Shown: in pieces, positions 27,224-39,423 of the stretch
Numbering within the stretch: position 1 is the first letter of the stretch
Layout: the number at the start of each line of letters is the position of its first letter
From: Callorhinchus milii
Taxonomy: Eukaryota
Length of the DNA: 64,000 nt
Direction of reading: 5' to 3'
Assembly: GCF_018977255.1 (NCBI RefSeq)
Contig: NW_024704744.1
Span: 372,001-436,000 of the forward strand
Made by a program: the position numbers and the translations under genes
Notes under the pieces: generated by a model
The model's input: the letters and a program-made list of their open reading frames with translations, nothing else
Database searches by the model: none
Told to the model about the DNA's origin: nothing

Positions 27224-27396
27224 TCACATGTTACGGTCAGTCGGGTCCCGTTCCCACAGACATCTCCCCACACACAGTAGTGATCGACCGTTTCCAAACG
27301 ACACCCATCTCCTGTAGATGAAAAAAGCAGCTCCAGCACAGGCCAGGAATCCCAGAGCTGTCCCCACAGTGATCCAGATCAGGGGCAGCCCGCGTT
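27224..27396 (-). CDS. Gene 2 exon 5: transmembrane exon KRGLPLIWITVGTALGFLACAGAAFFIYRRW plus tail read through an out-of-frame J relic
   Basis: tacag acceptor in phase 1, hydrophobic helix followed by RR stop-transfer residues, stop at 27224-27226; flank 27420-27490 homologous to 51860-51940 upstream of gene 1 TM exon. Confidence 0.72.
27228..27290 (-). pseudogene. J-only relic of a V2-type exon (DHYCVWGDVCGNGTRLTVT) with intact gtgagt donor
   Basis: nucleotide match to the 3' end of V2 exons, followed by the same intron head and 30-bp minisatellite as V2. Confidence 0.85.
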
Positions 27397-27624
27397 CTGT
27401 ACACACCAGAGAGTCACAGTTTCACAACAACTGCCATTTACACAGTGCTTCACATGCAAACAAACACAAAACAAGATACAATACAATATAGGCTGACATT
27501 TACATTGGGCCTTTCACATCGGGAGGACATCACAAAGTGCTTGACAGTCCAGGCTTGGCCCCTGAGCTGAGAGTGATGTTGGGTTGGGATATAGTTGGTT
27601 TGGGATTCAATTATGGTTCGGCTC

Positions 27625-28258
27625 CTTCCTCACACGCGGCCTCTCCCTCTTCACTCTGGGCCTCTTCCTCCTCACTCTAGGCCTCTTCCTCCTCACTCTA
27701 GGCCTCTTCCTCCTCACTCTGGGCCTCTTCCTCCTCACTCTGGGCCTCTTCCTCCTCACTCTGGGCCTCTTCCTCCTCACTCTGGGCCTCTCCTTCCTCA
27801 CTCTGGGCCTCTTCCTCCTCACTCTGGGCCTCTTCCTCCTCACTGTGGGGCTCTCCCTCCTCACTGTGGGCCTCTCCCTCCTCACTCTGGGCCTCTCCCT
27901 CCTCACTCTGGGCCTCTCCCTCCTCACTCTGGGCCTCGCCCTCCCACTCTGGGCCTCGCCCTCCCCACTCTGGGCCTCGCCCTCCCCACTCTGGGCCTCG
28001 CCCTTCCTCACTCTGGGCCTCGCCCTCCCCACTCTGGGCCTCGCCCTCCCCACTCTGGGCCTCGCCCTCCCCACTCTGGGCCTCGCCCTCCCCACTCTGG
28101 GCCTCGCCCTCCCCACTCTGGGCCTCGCCCTCCCCACTCTGGGCCTCGCCCTCCCCACTCTGGGCCTCGCCCTCCCCACTCTGGGCCTCGCCCTCCCCAC
28201 TCTGGGCCTCGCCCTCCCCACTCTGGGCCTCGCCCTCCCCACTCTGGGCCTCGCCCTT
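27625..28258. repeat. Bipartite about 20-21-bp minisatellite (CTCACTCTGGGCCTCTTCCTC then CCCCACTCTGGGCCTCGCCCT)
   Basis: direct reading; lies in the gene 2 V2-TM intron. Confidence 0.93.
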
Positions 28259-28714
28259 TGGAAGAGACGTAAACCCAGTCCAGGCTCTGGCTGTTCAGGG
28301 GGAAATGAAAGCTGCTGCGTCACTGGTGAAGAGAGGGGAGAGTCTCCTGGTGTCAAGGCCCACAGTCCCCCACATCACATTCATCTTCACGTCATGGCTG
28401 TCGCTGGGACCCCATTGTGTCAAATCCACTGATGTGTTGACGTACAAATCCAGTTCATTACACATTACTGAAGCTTTTTGAGACATTTAATGATATCAAC
28501 ACTGTATCAAAGGCAGCAATGATAATGATAATAACTGAGCCACTGGGTATTTGTTCCCAGTCCTGGACGGCTGCTTTAGTGTGGATCCCGTTACATTTCC
28601 CAGACGATAGGAACTCAATACATTACTCTGAATCTCTCCCATGTTTTGGTGCAATGAACAAACTCATTGTAAATCCCTTCCAGTCACTCCTGATATCAAA
28701 CATAGGTTGACACC

Positions 28715-29372
28715 GTGTTATGTTTAGGGTGTGTACCTACACACAGTGAGAGTTTAGGGTGTGTACCTACACACAGTGAGAGTTTAGGGTGTGTACCTAC
28801 ACACAGTGAGAGTTTAGGGTGTGTACCTACACACAGTGAGAGTTTAGGGTGTGTACCTACACACAGTGAGAGTTTAGGGTGTGTACCTACACACAGTGAG
28901 AGATTAGGGTGTGTACCTACACACAGTGAGAGATTAGGTGTGTACCTACACACAGTGAGAGTTTAGGGTATGTGCCTACACACAGTGAGAGTTTAGGGTG
29001 TGTACCTACACACAGTGAGAGTTTAGGATGTGTACCTACACACAGTGAGAGTTTAGGGTGTGTACCTACACACAGTGAGAGTTTAGGGTGTGTACCTACA
29101 CACAGTGAGAGATTAGGGTGTGTACCTACACACAGTGAGAGTTTAGGGTGTGTACCTACACACAGTGAGAGATTAGGGTGTGTACCTACACACAGTGAGA
29201 GATTAGGTGTGTACCTACACACAGTGAGAGTTTAGGGTATGTGCCTACACACAGTGAGAGTTTAGGGTGTGTACCTACACACAGTGAGAGTTTAGGGTGT
29301 GTACCTACACACAGTGTGAGTTTAAGGTGTGTACCTACACACAGTGAGAGTTTAGTGTGTGTACCTACACAA
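28715..29372. repeat. 30-bp minisatellite, array after gene 2 V2 exon
   Basis: direct reading of tandem units. Confidence 0.95.
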
Positions 29373-29440
29373 AGCTCCTGAGGACATTTGAGGAGCTGAA
29401 ATCTGACAGTAAAATCTGGACACAGTATAAGTTTACTCAC

Positions 29441-29785
29441 TGGTTATGTTCAGTCGGGTCCCGTCCCCACAGACATCTCCCCACACACAGCAGTGATAGA
29501 CGGCAGCGTCACTGACTGTCACTCGTGTGAGTGTCAGAATGTAGGTGTTATTGGAGGTGACTCTGGACGGCTGGAGACGCTGATTAACATCTTCGTGATC
29601 TATTTTCCTTCCATTTGTATCATGTGTTAAAATCCACTCCCTCTGCTGTCCTGGGAGTTGTCGGTACCAGTGTACATCGTTGTGGCTCACGTCAGCGTTC
29701 TCCATGGAGCACTGTAACCGGGCCGGGTGTCCCTCTGCGACACGTTCAAGGGTCGGGGATTGAATGAGGAGAGGAGCATTTGCAC
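29441..29785 (-). CDS. Gene 2 exon 4: VJ-type Ig V domain (V2): ANAPLLIQSPTLERV...DAAVYHCCVWGDVCGDGTRLNIT
   Basis: ttaaag acceptor, gtgagt donor, 345 nt open frame, close paralog of 52143-52484. Confidence 0.9.
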
Positions 29786-29821
29786 CTTTAAGGGAAAAAT
29801 CATCAATACGTTATGGACTAA

Positions 29822-30107
29822 CACGAGGACATCAATTTAAAATAGTTGTTAAAAGAAACAGAGGGGAGTTGAGGAGAAATGTTTTCACACAGCGAGTTGT
29901 TGGGATCTGGAATGCATTGCCTGAAAGGCTGATGGAAACCGCTTTGATAACAACTTTTAAGAGAGAAATAAATAATTATTTGGGGACAAGTTTGCAGGGC
30001 TATGGGAGAGAGCGGGGGAGTGGGCTTGATTAGGATCAGTCTTTTCAAAGCGCTGGCACAGACACGGTGGGCCAAATGGCCTCCTTTTGTGCTGTGTAAT
30101 TCTATGG
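29822..30107 (+). mobile_element. CR1 3'-end insertion in gene 2 V1-V2 intron, absent from gene 1
   Basis: RRNVFTQRVVGIWNALP motif; flanks collinear with 52485-52560. Confidence 0.8.
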
Positions 30108-30365
30108 GTGCTCTGAAGGTTGTGTCTGACGATTTAAAGGACAGTCCAGGAACCAATCGGTAGATGAGCTCACACTCCAGTGCAGTGGTGGGGGAGCACT
30201 GTATTGTCGGAGAAACCGTCCTTCAAAAGAGACGTAAACTGAGGTGCTATGTGTGAGTGTCCAGGTGGACGCTAAAGATCCTGGAACATTGATGAAAATG
30301 AGAGTGGAGTTTCTTCTGGTGAATTGGCTCACAATCCCCCACACAATACTGATCATTAACTACAG

Positions 30366-30980
30366 GCGGTGTGAGTTTAGGGTGTGTACCTACACACAGT
30401 GTGAGTTTAGGGTGTGTACCTACACACAGTGTGAGTTTAGGGTGTGTACCTACACACAGTGTGAGTTTAGGGTGTGTACCTACACACAGTGTGAGTTTAG
30501 GGTGTGTACCTACACACAGTGAGAGTTTAGGGTGTGTACCTACACACAGTGTGAGTTTAGGGTGTGTACCTACACACAGTGTGAGTTTAGGGTGTGTACC
30601 TACACACAGTGTGAGTTTAGGGTGTGTACCTACACACAGTGAGAGTTTAGGGTGTGTACCTACACACAGTGTGAGTTTAGGGTGTGTACCTACACACAGT
30701 GTGAGTTTAGGGTGTGTACCTACACACAGTGTGAGTTTACGGTGTGTACCTACACACAGTGTGAGTTTAGGGTGTGTACCTACACACAGTGAAAGTTTAG
30801 GGTGTGTACCTACACACAGTGAGAGTTTAGGGTGTGTACCTACACACAGTGAGAGTTTAGGGTGTGTACCTACACACAGTGTGAGTTTAGGGTGTGTACC
30901 TACACACAGTGTGAGTTTAGGGTGTGTACCTACACACAGTGAGAGTTTAGGGTGTGTACCTACACACAGTGTGAGTTTAG
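30366..30980. repeat. 30-bp minisatellite, array between gene 2 V1 and V2
   Basis: direct reading, about 20 units. Confidence 0.95.
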
Positions 30981-31094
30981 GATGTCAGAAAACTCATGAG
31001 GGCATTGAATGATCAAAATGAGACAGTAAAATCTGGACACAGTATTATCTGTTCCAGATGAAGGGATCTGGGAGTGATGATCTGGATCATGTTT

Positions 31095-31420
31095 GGGCCC
31101 TGTACATTAGTGGTTAGAGCACTCGCTTTGCAAGCGAGAGACCAGAGTTCAATTCCAGGCAGAGGGCGAAACCTTGGGCAAGTTTCCTTACTCCACACAG
31201 AGCCTAATAATAATCCCTCCAAAACCAACAACAATAATAAATTGGTCATTTTCAACCCACGACTGTTTGTGGGACATTGCTGTGCGCAATTGGCTGCCGC
31301 GTTCACCCACAAATATACAGTCAATTCACTTTACAGTGTGTTCTCTGAAGCGCTTTGGGACGTCCTCCCGACGTGAAAAGCGCTATATCAAATGCAAGGA
31401 TTATTATTATTATTATTATT
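31095..31420 (+). mobile_element. SacSINE1-like SINE, full length
   Basis: tRNA head, Deu core, L2 tail ending (tta)n. Confidence 0.88.
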
Positions 31421-31829
31421 ACTAAGCACAAACAAGAAAAGAAGATTTTATTTTAATATCCACTGGAAGATGTTTAAGTTGGACTTATGAGGGCCTGCAG
31501 TTGTGTCTGAATTAACCAAAGCTTTCCCTTCCCAGCAGAACTGAACCCTTCCATTGCCATTGGCCACAACCCGCCTCGCTCCATGGTGATCAGCTCCTCT
31601 GAGCAACTGCTAACTGGTCGTTTTCCCGGACACCGGATACAGTCAATGCCCTCCTTCTCCTCACTGGTTACTGCTGATTGACAACACGGAGCCGCTCCTG
31701 AATGGATAGAGTCTGCTGCCAATTTGACACCTTCCATCTGTATTCCATCCCTGTTCCTCCCTCCCACGCCCTCACTGACTGACAATCAGGGAACCACTAA
31801 ACAATGGATGGAGTGTGAATGGATGTTCA

Positions 31830-33190
31830 ACAACAACAATAACAAAATTACATTTGTAAAGCGCTTTTCACAACTGGAGGACGTCCCAAGGCGCTGGTCA
31901 GTCAGCGGTTCAGATCCAAACTGAGGGTCGGGATCGTGGAGGGCAGGGGGGAAGGAGGATGATCTAAGGAGAGGAGGGTCTTGAGATGGGTCTTGGAGGA
32001 GACAAGGGAGGGGGCGAGGCGGACGGACTGGAGTTCCCCCGGCAATGATGGGGCGGGCAAAGCAGGTAATGTGAAGGAGGCCGGAGCACATTGAGCGGAG
32101 GGAGTGAGCAGGGGGTTAGGAGGTGGCAGAGATGGGGGGGGAACAAGACCATGGAGGCGTTCGAAAGTGAGGACCAGGAACTTGAACTGTATCCTCTGTG
32201 ATGGGAAGCCAATGGAGTCGGGCAAAGATAGGGTGATGGGGTCACAGAGCCCGGTGCAGGGGAGAACACGGGCTGCAGAGTTCTGGATGATCTTCAGTCG
32301 ATGGAGGGAGGAGAAGGTGAGGCCGACACACAGGGAGTTTGCATAGTCAAGCCTGGATGTTATAATAATGATCCTTGCATTTGATATAGCGCTTTTCATG
32401 TCTTCTCAACGTCTCAAAGCACTTCACAGAACAGAGTGTGAAGTGAATTTGACTGTATATTTGTGGGCCAAACGCGGCAGCCAATTGTGCACAGCAGTGT
32501 CCCACAAACAGTCGTGGATTGAAGTGACCAATTTATGATTGTTGTTTTTTCTTGAGGGATTATTATCAGGCATGTGTGCATGTTGAGCAAGGAAACTTGC
32601 CCAAGGTTTCACCCTGCCGGGAATCAAACCCAGATCTCTCACTTGTGAGGCGAGTGCTCCAACTCCTGAGCCAAAGGACTCCACATGAAAGCATGTTTGA
32701 AGGCGGAGCCGGGTGATGTTGCGGAGGTGGGAAAGGCAGAGCAGGTCATGGTACAGATGTGGGGGAGAAAGGATAGTTGAGAGTCAAACAAGACCCCAAG
32801 GTTACGGACTGGCTTAGCAAGGTAGAGTGAGCGGCCATGGATGGTGATGCTGTCAGCGCCTGAGGTGAGGAGCCAATCAGGAGCCTCAGTCTTGTTGACT
32901 TTCAACTGAAGAAAGTTGGCTCTCATCCAGGACTTGACGTCTGACAGACATTGTGTCAGGACAGCAGTGGGTCCTGGAGTCGAGGGTGGAGGCAGAGAGG
33001 GAGAGTTGGGTGTCATCTGCAGACATGTGGAAGTTGACCCCATGTCTGCGGATGATGTCATCAAGAGGGAGCATATAGATATTGAAGAGGATGTGACCAA
33101 GGACAGAGCCCTGAGGAACACCACACAAGACGGTGGTTCGAGACTGAATCACACAGAAGGCCCGAGGGAGATGGCCTTGCGGCAACCACC
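31830..33190 (-). mobile_element. L2 fragments interrupted by a SINE (32365-32685)
   Basis: [17 protein letters not shown], Deu core. Confidence 0.8.
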
Positions 33191-33708
33191 ATTTTCTCCA
33201 GATTAACCAGATTTTTATTCACATTAACAAGCATATTTTATATAGGACTTCAATACAAATGAAGCAGAACCTGGCATTTTGTCGGATTTACCCTGTGTCC
33301 GAGGCCAACCAGGGTACAAATTAGGCAGCATCCATTGCATTTAAAAGTACTTGTAAATGAAAATATCAAGACATGTTAAAAGTATATAAAGTTGCAAATT
33401 CCGTAATAAAAGTGGACAAAAAGATGATTTACCTACTGTTTCCAAGACAAAATGTTGTGAGAATACCAGCTCCATGTGATAGTCGTTTCAGCTCGTTGGT
33501 TCCAATGGTACACAAATGTGCACATGTACGATTGACCCAGGCCTGGTCTGACTGTTTTACAAATCATGTTATCATATTAGTATTAGGTTATCTAACATTA
33601 TGCCTGGCGCAATATCTATATTCAAGGCCCCTCAGATCTCGAGCCCTAAACCATGGTTTAGTTGTTTTATTGGTTAATCTGGCCCGAGTACATGTGTACT
33701 TTACTCAC

Positions 33709-34053
33709 TGGTTACGTTCAGTCGGATCCCGTCCCCACAGACATCTCTCCCCACGCAGCAGTGATAGACGGCAGCGTCCCTGACTGTCACTCGTCTGAGT
33801 ATCAGAATGTAGGTGTTATTGGAGGTGACTCTGGACGGCTGGAGACGCTGGCGGTAACCTTCGAGGCCTGTTTTCCCGCCATCTGTATCATGTGTTAAAA
33901 TCCACTCCCTCCGCTGTCTCAGGAGTACCCTGTACCAGTGTACATTGGTGCGGCTCACATCGGCCTTCTCCATGGAGCACTGGAACCAGGCCATGCCTCC
34001 CTCTCTGACATTTACCAACTTTGGAGACTGGATGAGGTATGGACTATTCGAAC
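33709..34053 (-). CDS. Gene 2 exon 3: VJ-type Ig V domain (V1/V2 mosaic): SNSPYLIQSPKLVNV...DAAVYHCCVGRDVCGDGIRLNVT
   Basis: ttaaag acceptor, gtgagt donor, 345 nt open frame, V-set hallmarks. Confidence 0.88.
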
Positions 34054-35399
34054 CTTTAAGACAACAATTACATACAGTAAACTTCACGTACATCAGAGTG
34101 TGATCTGCCCTCACACAGAGGAAATGGAGACACTGGAACCAGAGCTCACTTGAGCACCTGCTCACTCGGCTCAGGCCAGGCTTGACCTGCTGGAGAGGCC
34201 ATCCTGCCACCTGTCTGCTCGGGGGGGGGGGGGGGGGGGGGGTCGTGCAGTCTGTTCTCTTGCTATCCTCACTCTCTCTGACCTCCCTCTCTCTCTGTGT
34301 CTCTCTCTCCCCCGCTCTCTCTTTCACGCTGCAGATGGATGACTAACTTTTTCCATTTGAAGGTCGACAAGACAGAGGCTGCCCTGCTTGGTTCCCGTCA
34401 GCGCCTTCTCACCTCAGGTGCCGACAGCATCAATCTACATGGATGCACACCCCACTTCACACGGCTAGTGCGGAACCTTGGTGTCTTGTTCGACTCTCAA
34501 TTATCCCTTAAACCCCACATACCATGGCGTGACCCGTTCAGCTTTCCCTGACCCCTGCAACATTATCCAACTCGCCAGTCCCTCTCCCCTCGGTCTGCTG
34601 AGACCCTGATCCAGGCTAGACTACAACAACCGTTTGCTGGTTTTCCCTACTTTTCCATCCACAAGCTGCAGACCATCCAGAACTCTACAGCTCACGTCCT
34701 TTCCCACACTGGGCTCTGCAACCCTATCACTCTCATCCACAACTGGAGTCAGGTAATATTGATTTTACTGTATCTATGGTCTTAGTTTGAAATTAGGTTT
34801 GGTTGTTAGTAAATTAGACTGAATGGCTGTTTCTGTTGATTGCTTAAATAAACTATTGAATTATTACACTACCAATTGGTGTTCTCCTCCTGAATCTGTT
34901 GTTACAAATTCCACTGGGAAGTACATGGAGCCTGTACGCCGACTTCAACTTTTACAAAGTTACTTCTTTCTTTTATGCGTTTTTAACTCTGCCTCCCTCC
35001 CCTTCATGGTCAGGTTCACACGCTTCCATGCCTTTATCTCTGGTGCTCCTCCTATCGTGATTAATCAGATCGCAAGATTGGAGGACACGTAATCAGGAAC
35101 CCACAATTTTATCAGGAACTGACCTCATGACACAACAATCTGTAATCGGGACAATGTTATCGAGCACTGACACCTTCAATTTCCGCCAATACACTTCCCC
35201 TTTGGGGCCGCCCAAGCCAGTCACCTCCAGCCAACACAATCCACAATGCCCCACGAGACTAGTTGGCTATACCATGAAGGCCCACAGGTAGGCTACATTC
35301 CAAAAGCATACAAATATCAATTAAAAGGCCTTAAGAACATTAAGCATCGCAAATATAATTGAACACAGTTCAAGATGCATTGAATCACAGGAAATGTAG

Positions 35400-37790
35400 T
35401 CTTTGCCTGTCAACGTATACACCCTCCCCTCATCCACATCCTTACCGTTACCAACTCTCCCCCGTCTCGACATCCAAAAATCCCACACCTCCCTCCCAAG
35501 CCCTCCTCCAACAGCATCCCCATTCACATTTCCCTTCAAAACGTCCGCTCCCTCTCTAACAACGTTCTCAAAATCCATGGACCAGAACACTGACAATCTT
35601 GGGGTCACTGAAACCTTGCTGTCCCCCAGTGACCCGGTCCCGCTGAACAAAGCCTTCCCCCTGGACAACACCGCTCGTCCCAACCGACCTGAGGCAAGGG
35701 GGCTCTCATGTCCCAAACTTCCCTCAGTCTATCCTCATATTCCTCGAGCTCCTTTCTCTCTTTTGCATATTTAACTCTGTGCCATCCCTCATTCTCTCCT
35801 TCAAAATCCTTCTCATCTATCGTCCTCCCAAACCACCCGATTCCTTCATTCTTACCATCTCCTCACTCCTCTCATCCCTCTGCCTCTGCACTGAGCACCT
35901 ATTCATAATGGGTGATTACCCCATCTCCTCTGATTTTGCTGTCCTCCTCTCCTCCCTAAACCTCACCCTCCAAATAAACTCACTGAAGCCACAACCAAAG
36001 CCATCCCTTCAACCTCATCACAATTCACAGCCTTGATATGCTGATCTATCCATCACAGATAAGGCCATCCCCGATCATTTCCTCATCTCCCTCTTCTTCG
36101 GCATTCCCCCATCTCATCTCCCAAGCCCCACCATCTTTTTTTGTCCTTGGAAAAAGCTTCTCCCCCAAGTTCCTCAAAAACACCCACTCTTCCTTGGACC
36201 TCTTCTCCCTCTGACCTTCCACTCAGATCGATCCTGATACAACCATCAAGCTTCTAAACAGTCACCACTCCGCAATCTTCAAATCCCTTTCACCCCCTTT
36301 CACCCCTTCAGGCCTGTCTCCAAATCCACCTGCTCCCCCATGGTATAACAGCAGTCAAACACGGCCCCATGATTTACTGCCAGCTGTGGCTTGAGCATCT
36401 CTGCATCTATCGCCTCTCCCTCTCACATGCCTTTTACTACAAGACCATTCTGGAGGCTAAAATAAGCCAAACACACTGTTCTCCACCATTCATCACCTCC
36501 TCTGTGCATCCTCCATCATCACGTCAAACGGCAAGTGTAAAAAGGTCCTAGACTTCTTTGTCTCAAAGACTGGAAACATCCGCTTGGCTGCAACCTGCTC
36601 CCCCAATCCCCTTTCATACCCCCAGGCATTCTACACTGCCCACTCCTTCCACCACGGCCTTTACCGCTCACCCCCTCTACACTCCTTTGCCCCGATTACT
36701 CCCCCCTACTTCTCAACCAGATGAAGTCCACCACCCTCTGCCTCGATCCCCTTCCCACCAATTTGCTTGTAACTCAACAACCCCTCCTCTCTCCTCTGCT
36801 GGCCGACAGTCAACCGGTTGCTCTCAGATTCTGTCACTGGTTCTTCTTCTCTCTCTCTGGTTCTCTCTGTCTCTCCCTCTCTCTCTCTAGTTCTCTTTCT
36901 CTCTGGCACTGACAGCATCACCATCCAAGGATGCACACTCCACTGATACACTGAGCCAATCCGGAACCTTGGCATCTTGTTTGACCCTTAACATTCGCCC
37001 ACAAATATACAGTCAATTCACTTTACAGTGTGTTCTGTGAAGCGCTTTGGGACGTCCTCCCAACGTGAAAAGCGCTACATCAAATGCAAGGATTATTATT
37101 ATTATTATTATTATCTATCCTTTCTACCCCACACACGGGCCGTAACCCGCTCTGCCGTCCCTCACCTCCGCAACATCGCCCGGATCTGCCACTGCCTCAC
37201 CCTTCAGGCCGCCAAAACCACCACAAAAGCTTTCATAACATTTCACTATGTAAATTCCTTGCTTATCGGTCTCCCCAATTCCCTCCTCCATAGGCTACAG
37301 ATCATCCCGAACTCTGTAGCCCGTGACCTCTCCTGCATCGGGGTCCGTAACCCTATCACCCCCATCCTCGCCCGACTCCACTGGCTTCCTATCACACAGA
37401 GGATACAGTTCAAGAACCTGGTCCTCACCTTCAAAGCCCTCCACAGCCTTGCTCTTCCCTACCTCTGACCTGCTAACTCACTCCCAACCTGTCTGCTCAC
37501 TCTGCTCAGCGGGCTCCAGCCTGCTTCACGTCCCCCATCTCGCTCGCCCCACCATTAGTGGGCGGGCCTCTGCTCCCATCTTCTGGAACTCTATCCCACA
37601 GTCCCTCCGCCTCGCCACCTCCCTCCTTCACCTCCTTCAAGACCCTCCTCTACCATCGTGCCTTTGGTTACGCTCGTACCCTACCCTCCGACCCTCCACC
37701 CATCCTGATCCCAACCACCAGCTTGCGTGTGGATCCCTGACTGTCCAGCGCCTTGGGATGGCTTCCTGACGTGAAAGACGCTGTAGAAAT
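35400..37790 (+). mobile_element. Old L2 LINE with SINE-tail insertion at about 36990-37110
   Basis: endonuclease-like start, RLHWLPITQRIQFK, tail. Confidence 0.8.
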
Positions 37791-37819
37791 GCAATGTGTT
37801 GTTGTTGTTGTTTACTTAC

Positions 37820-38194
37820 GTATAACAATAAGCTCACTCCCGGTTCCCCGGATGGTTGTGAGATAAAATCTACATAAGTACAGGGCAGAGTCCGTAAACT
37901 TCACATTATTGATTGTCAGAGTGAAGCTGTTCCTGGAGATGTCTCTGAAAGACCGGTATCGTTTATCAGTTGACTGTCTCTCAATGCCTTGATTTTTCAA
38001 ATGAATCAGCAGGACCCGTGTATATCTCTTAATTATATTGCCATGCTCATCCCTTTTTTCCTCCATGAACCATTCTAGTTGGATATCAGACACTTTGCTG
38101 TTCTCCACTCTACACCGAAGTTCCACTGTCTGTCCCTCTCGGGCTGGTTTGAATTCCGGAGTCTGAACCAGGATTTGGGACTGAACCATTATTC
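37820..38194 (-). CDS. Gene 2 exon 2: VJ-type Ig V domain (VB): ...VELRC...LEWF...FTLTINNVKFTDSALYLCRFYLTTIRGTGSELIVI
   Basis: tttacag acceptor, gtaagt donor, 375 nt, phase 1/1, D-S-A-L-Y-L-C and G-x-G-S-x-L-x-V. Confidence 0.9.
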
Positions 38195-38896
38195 CTGTAA
38201 ATGAGAAACATTTAAAGGATAAAAAGAGCCAATCAATAAGATCACAGCTTCCTGAGCTCAGCAACAATCCCATGTCCCGAGGCTTTAGACTGGGAGTGAG
38301 AGAACTTCCTTAGTTTTTCTTCCTCCTTATTACCTCAAACTCCCAATGTGTTCAGCTGATTATTCTAATGTGTAGTGACTGTGCTGGTGCTTACTTCCAC
38401 TGGAGCTCTCTACTCTAACCCCATTCCCTGCTCTCTCTTGCTCCTGACTGGAGCTCTCTACTCTAACCCCATTCCCTGCTCTCTCACTGAATGTTTTATA
38501 TTGTATTTAATTGTTTTTCTGGTCTCCGTCTCAGTGGCCATTTGTGATAAAGTTTCTGCTTTAATAACCGTCTGTGTGATCACGTTTCCTCTGACCTCGT
38601 GTGATCTCTCCCAGTGTCAGTGCTGAGTGTCTGCCCATTGCCACCCATCTCCTCGCTGGAGCAATAATCTGTCCTCTCCAAACATTTCAGAATTCAGAGA
38701 GCTGTCGGCTTCACTGAGCAGCAAACTGAGTGCAGTTACACATCCTGAAAGTGACTGATAAACAGCACTCATCCTGGGACTCGTTCAACACAGACTCACA
38801 GAGACATCAGTTAACTGCTCGGTAACATTAACCAGTAAAGTCCTGCTCAATGGAAATAACCCTCACCCCATCAACCAAACAGGGACCTGGACTTAC

Positions 38897-38948
38897 CCAG
38901 AGCAAGGCAGAGGGTCAGGGTGACAGCTGTGAGGGGCTCACTGGCCAT
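38897..38948 (-). CDS. Gene 2 exon 1: signal peptide MASEPLTAVTLTLCLAL(G)
   Basis: ATG at 38948, G|gtaagt donor, identical to gene 1 leader. Confidence 0.85.
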
Positions 38949-39024
38949 TCTAACCGCTGGGGGCTTCCCTCAGGTCAGGTCAGGGTTTCACTGTGATGAG
39001 TCCTTGCCCACACACACAGCGGGT

Positions 39025-39421
39025 CAGAGCGGGGGGGAGGGGCTCCGGGGCGAGGGGGAGGGGCTCCGGGGCGGGGGGAGGGGCTCCGGGGCGGGGGGAG
39101 GTGCTCCGGGGCGGGGGGGAGGGGCTCCGGGGCAGGGGGCTCGGGGCGGGCTCCGAGGGGGAGGGGCTCCGGGGGGAGGGGCTCCGAGGGGAGGGGCTCC
39201 GGGGCGGGAGGGGAGGGGCTCCGGGCGGGGGGGAGGGGCTCCGGGGGGAGGGACTGCGGGGCGAGGGGGAGGGACTGCGGGGCGAGGGCTCCGGGGCGGG
39301 GGCTCCGGGGCGAGGGGGAGGGGCTCCGGGGCGGGGGGCTCGGGGGCGGGCTCCGAGGGGGAGGGGCTCTGAGGGGGAGGGGCTCCGAGGGGGAGGGGCT
39401 CCGGGGGGAGGGGCTCCGGGG
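39025..39421. repeat. G-rich minisatellite (GGGGGGAGGGGCTCCG-like), G-quadruplex prone
   Basis: direct reading. Confidence 0.9.
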
Positions 39422-39423
39422 CG

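Noticed and set aside
27228-27300. J relic as a true J gene segment with RSS
   Set aside because: TACTGTG is present, but the 9-mers 12 and 23 bp upstream (cgtttggaa, gagatgggt) do not match the nonamer; the piece includes the F-strand Cys codon and so derives from a VJ exon.
27584-28432. Leu-rich, Pro-His or Arg-rich 225-282 aa ORFs
   Set aside because: Stop-free minisatellite open in three frames, lying in an intron of gene 2.
28715-29372. Minisatellite heptamers as bona fide RSS of a rearranging locus
   Set aside because: No ACAAAAACC-like nonamer at 12 or 23 bp, heptamers are in introns rather than abutting V ends, and the V exons are already joined to J.
26630-30980. 30-bp arrays as CRISPR repeats
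   Set aside because: Units are head-to-tail with no unique spacers, there are no cas genes, and the context is vertebrate.
37812-38273. ORF-track start MGLLLSSGSCDLIDW as the N-terminus (also 58492-58929)
   Set aside because: These residues are intron read-through; a true leader exon with a canonical donor exists about 700 bp upstream.
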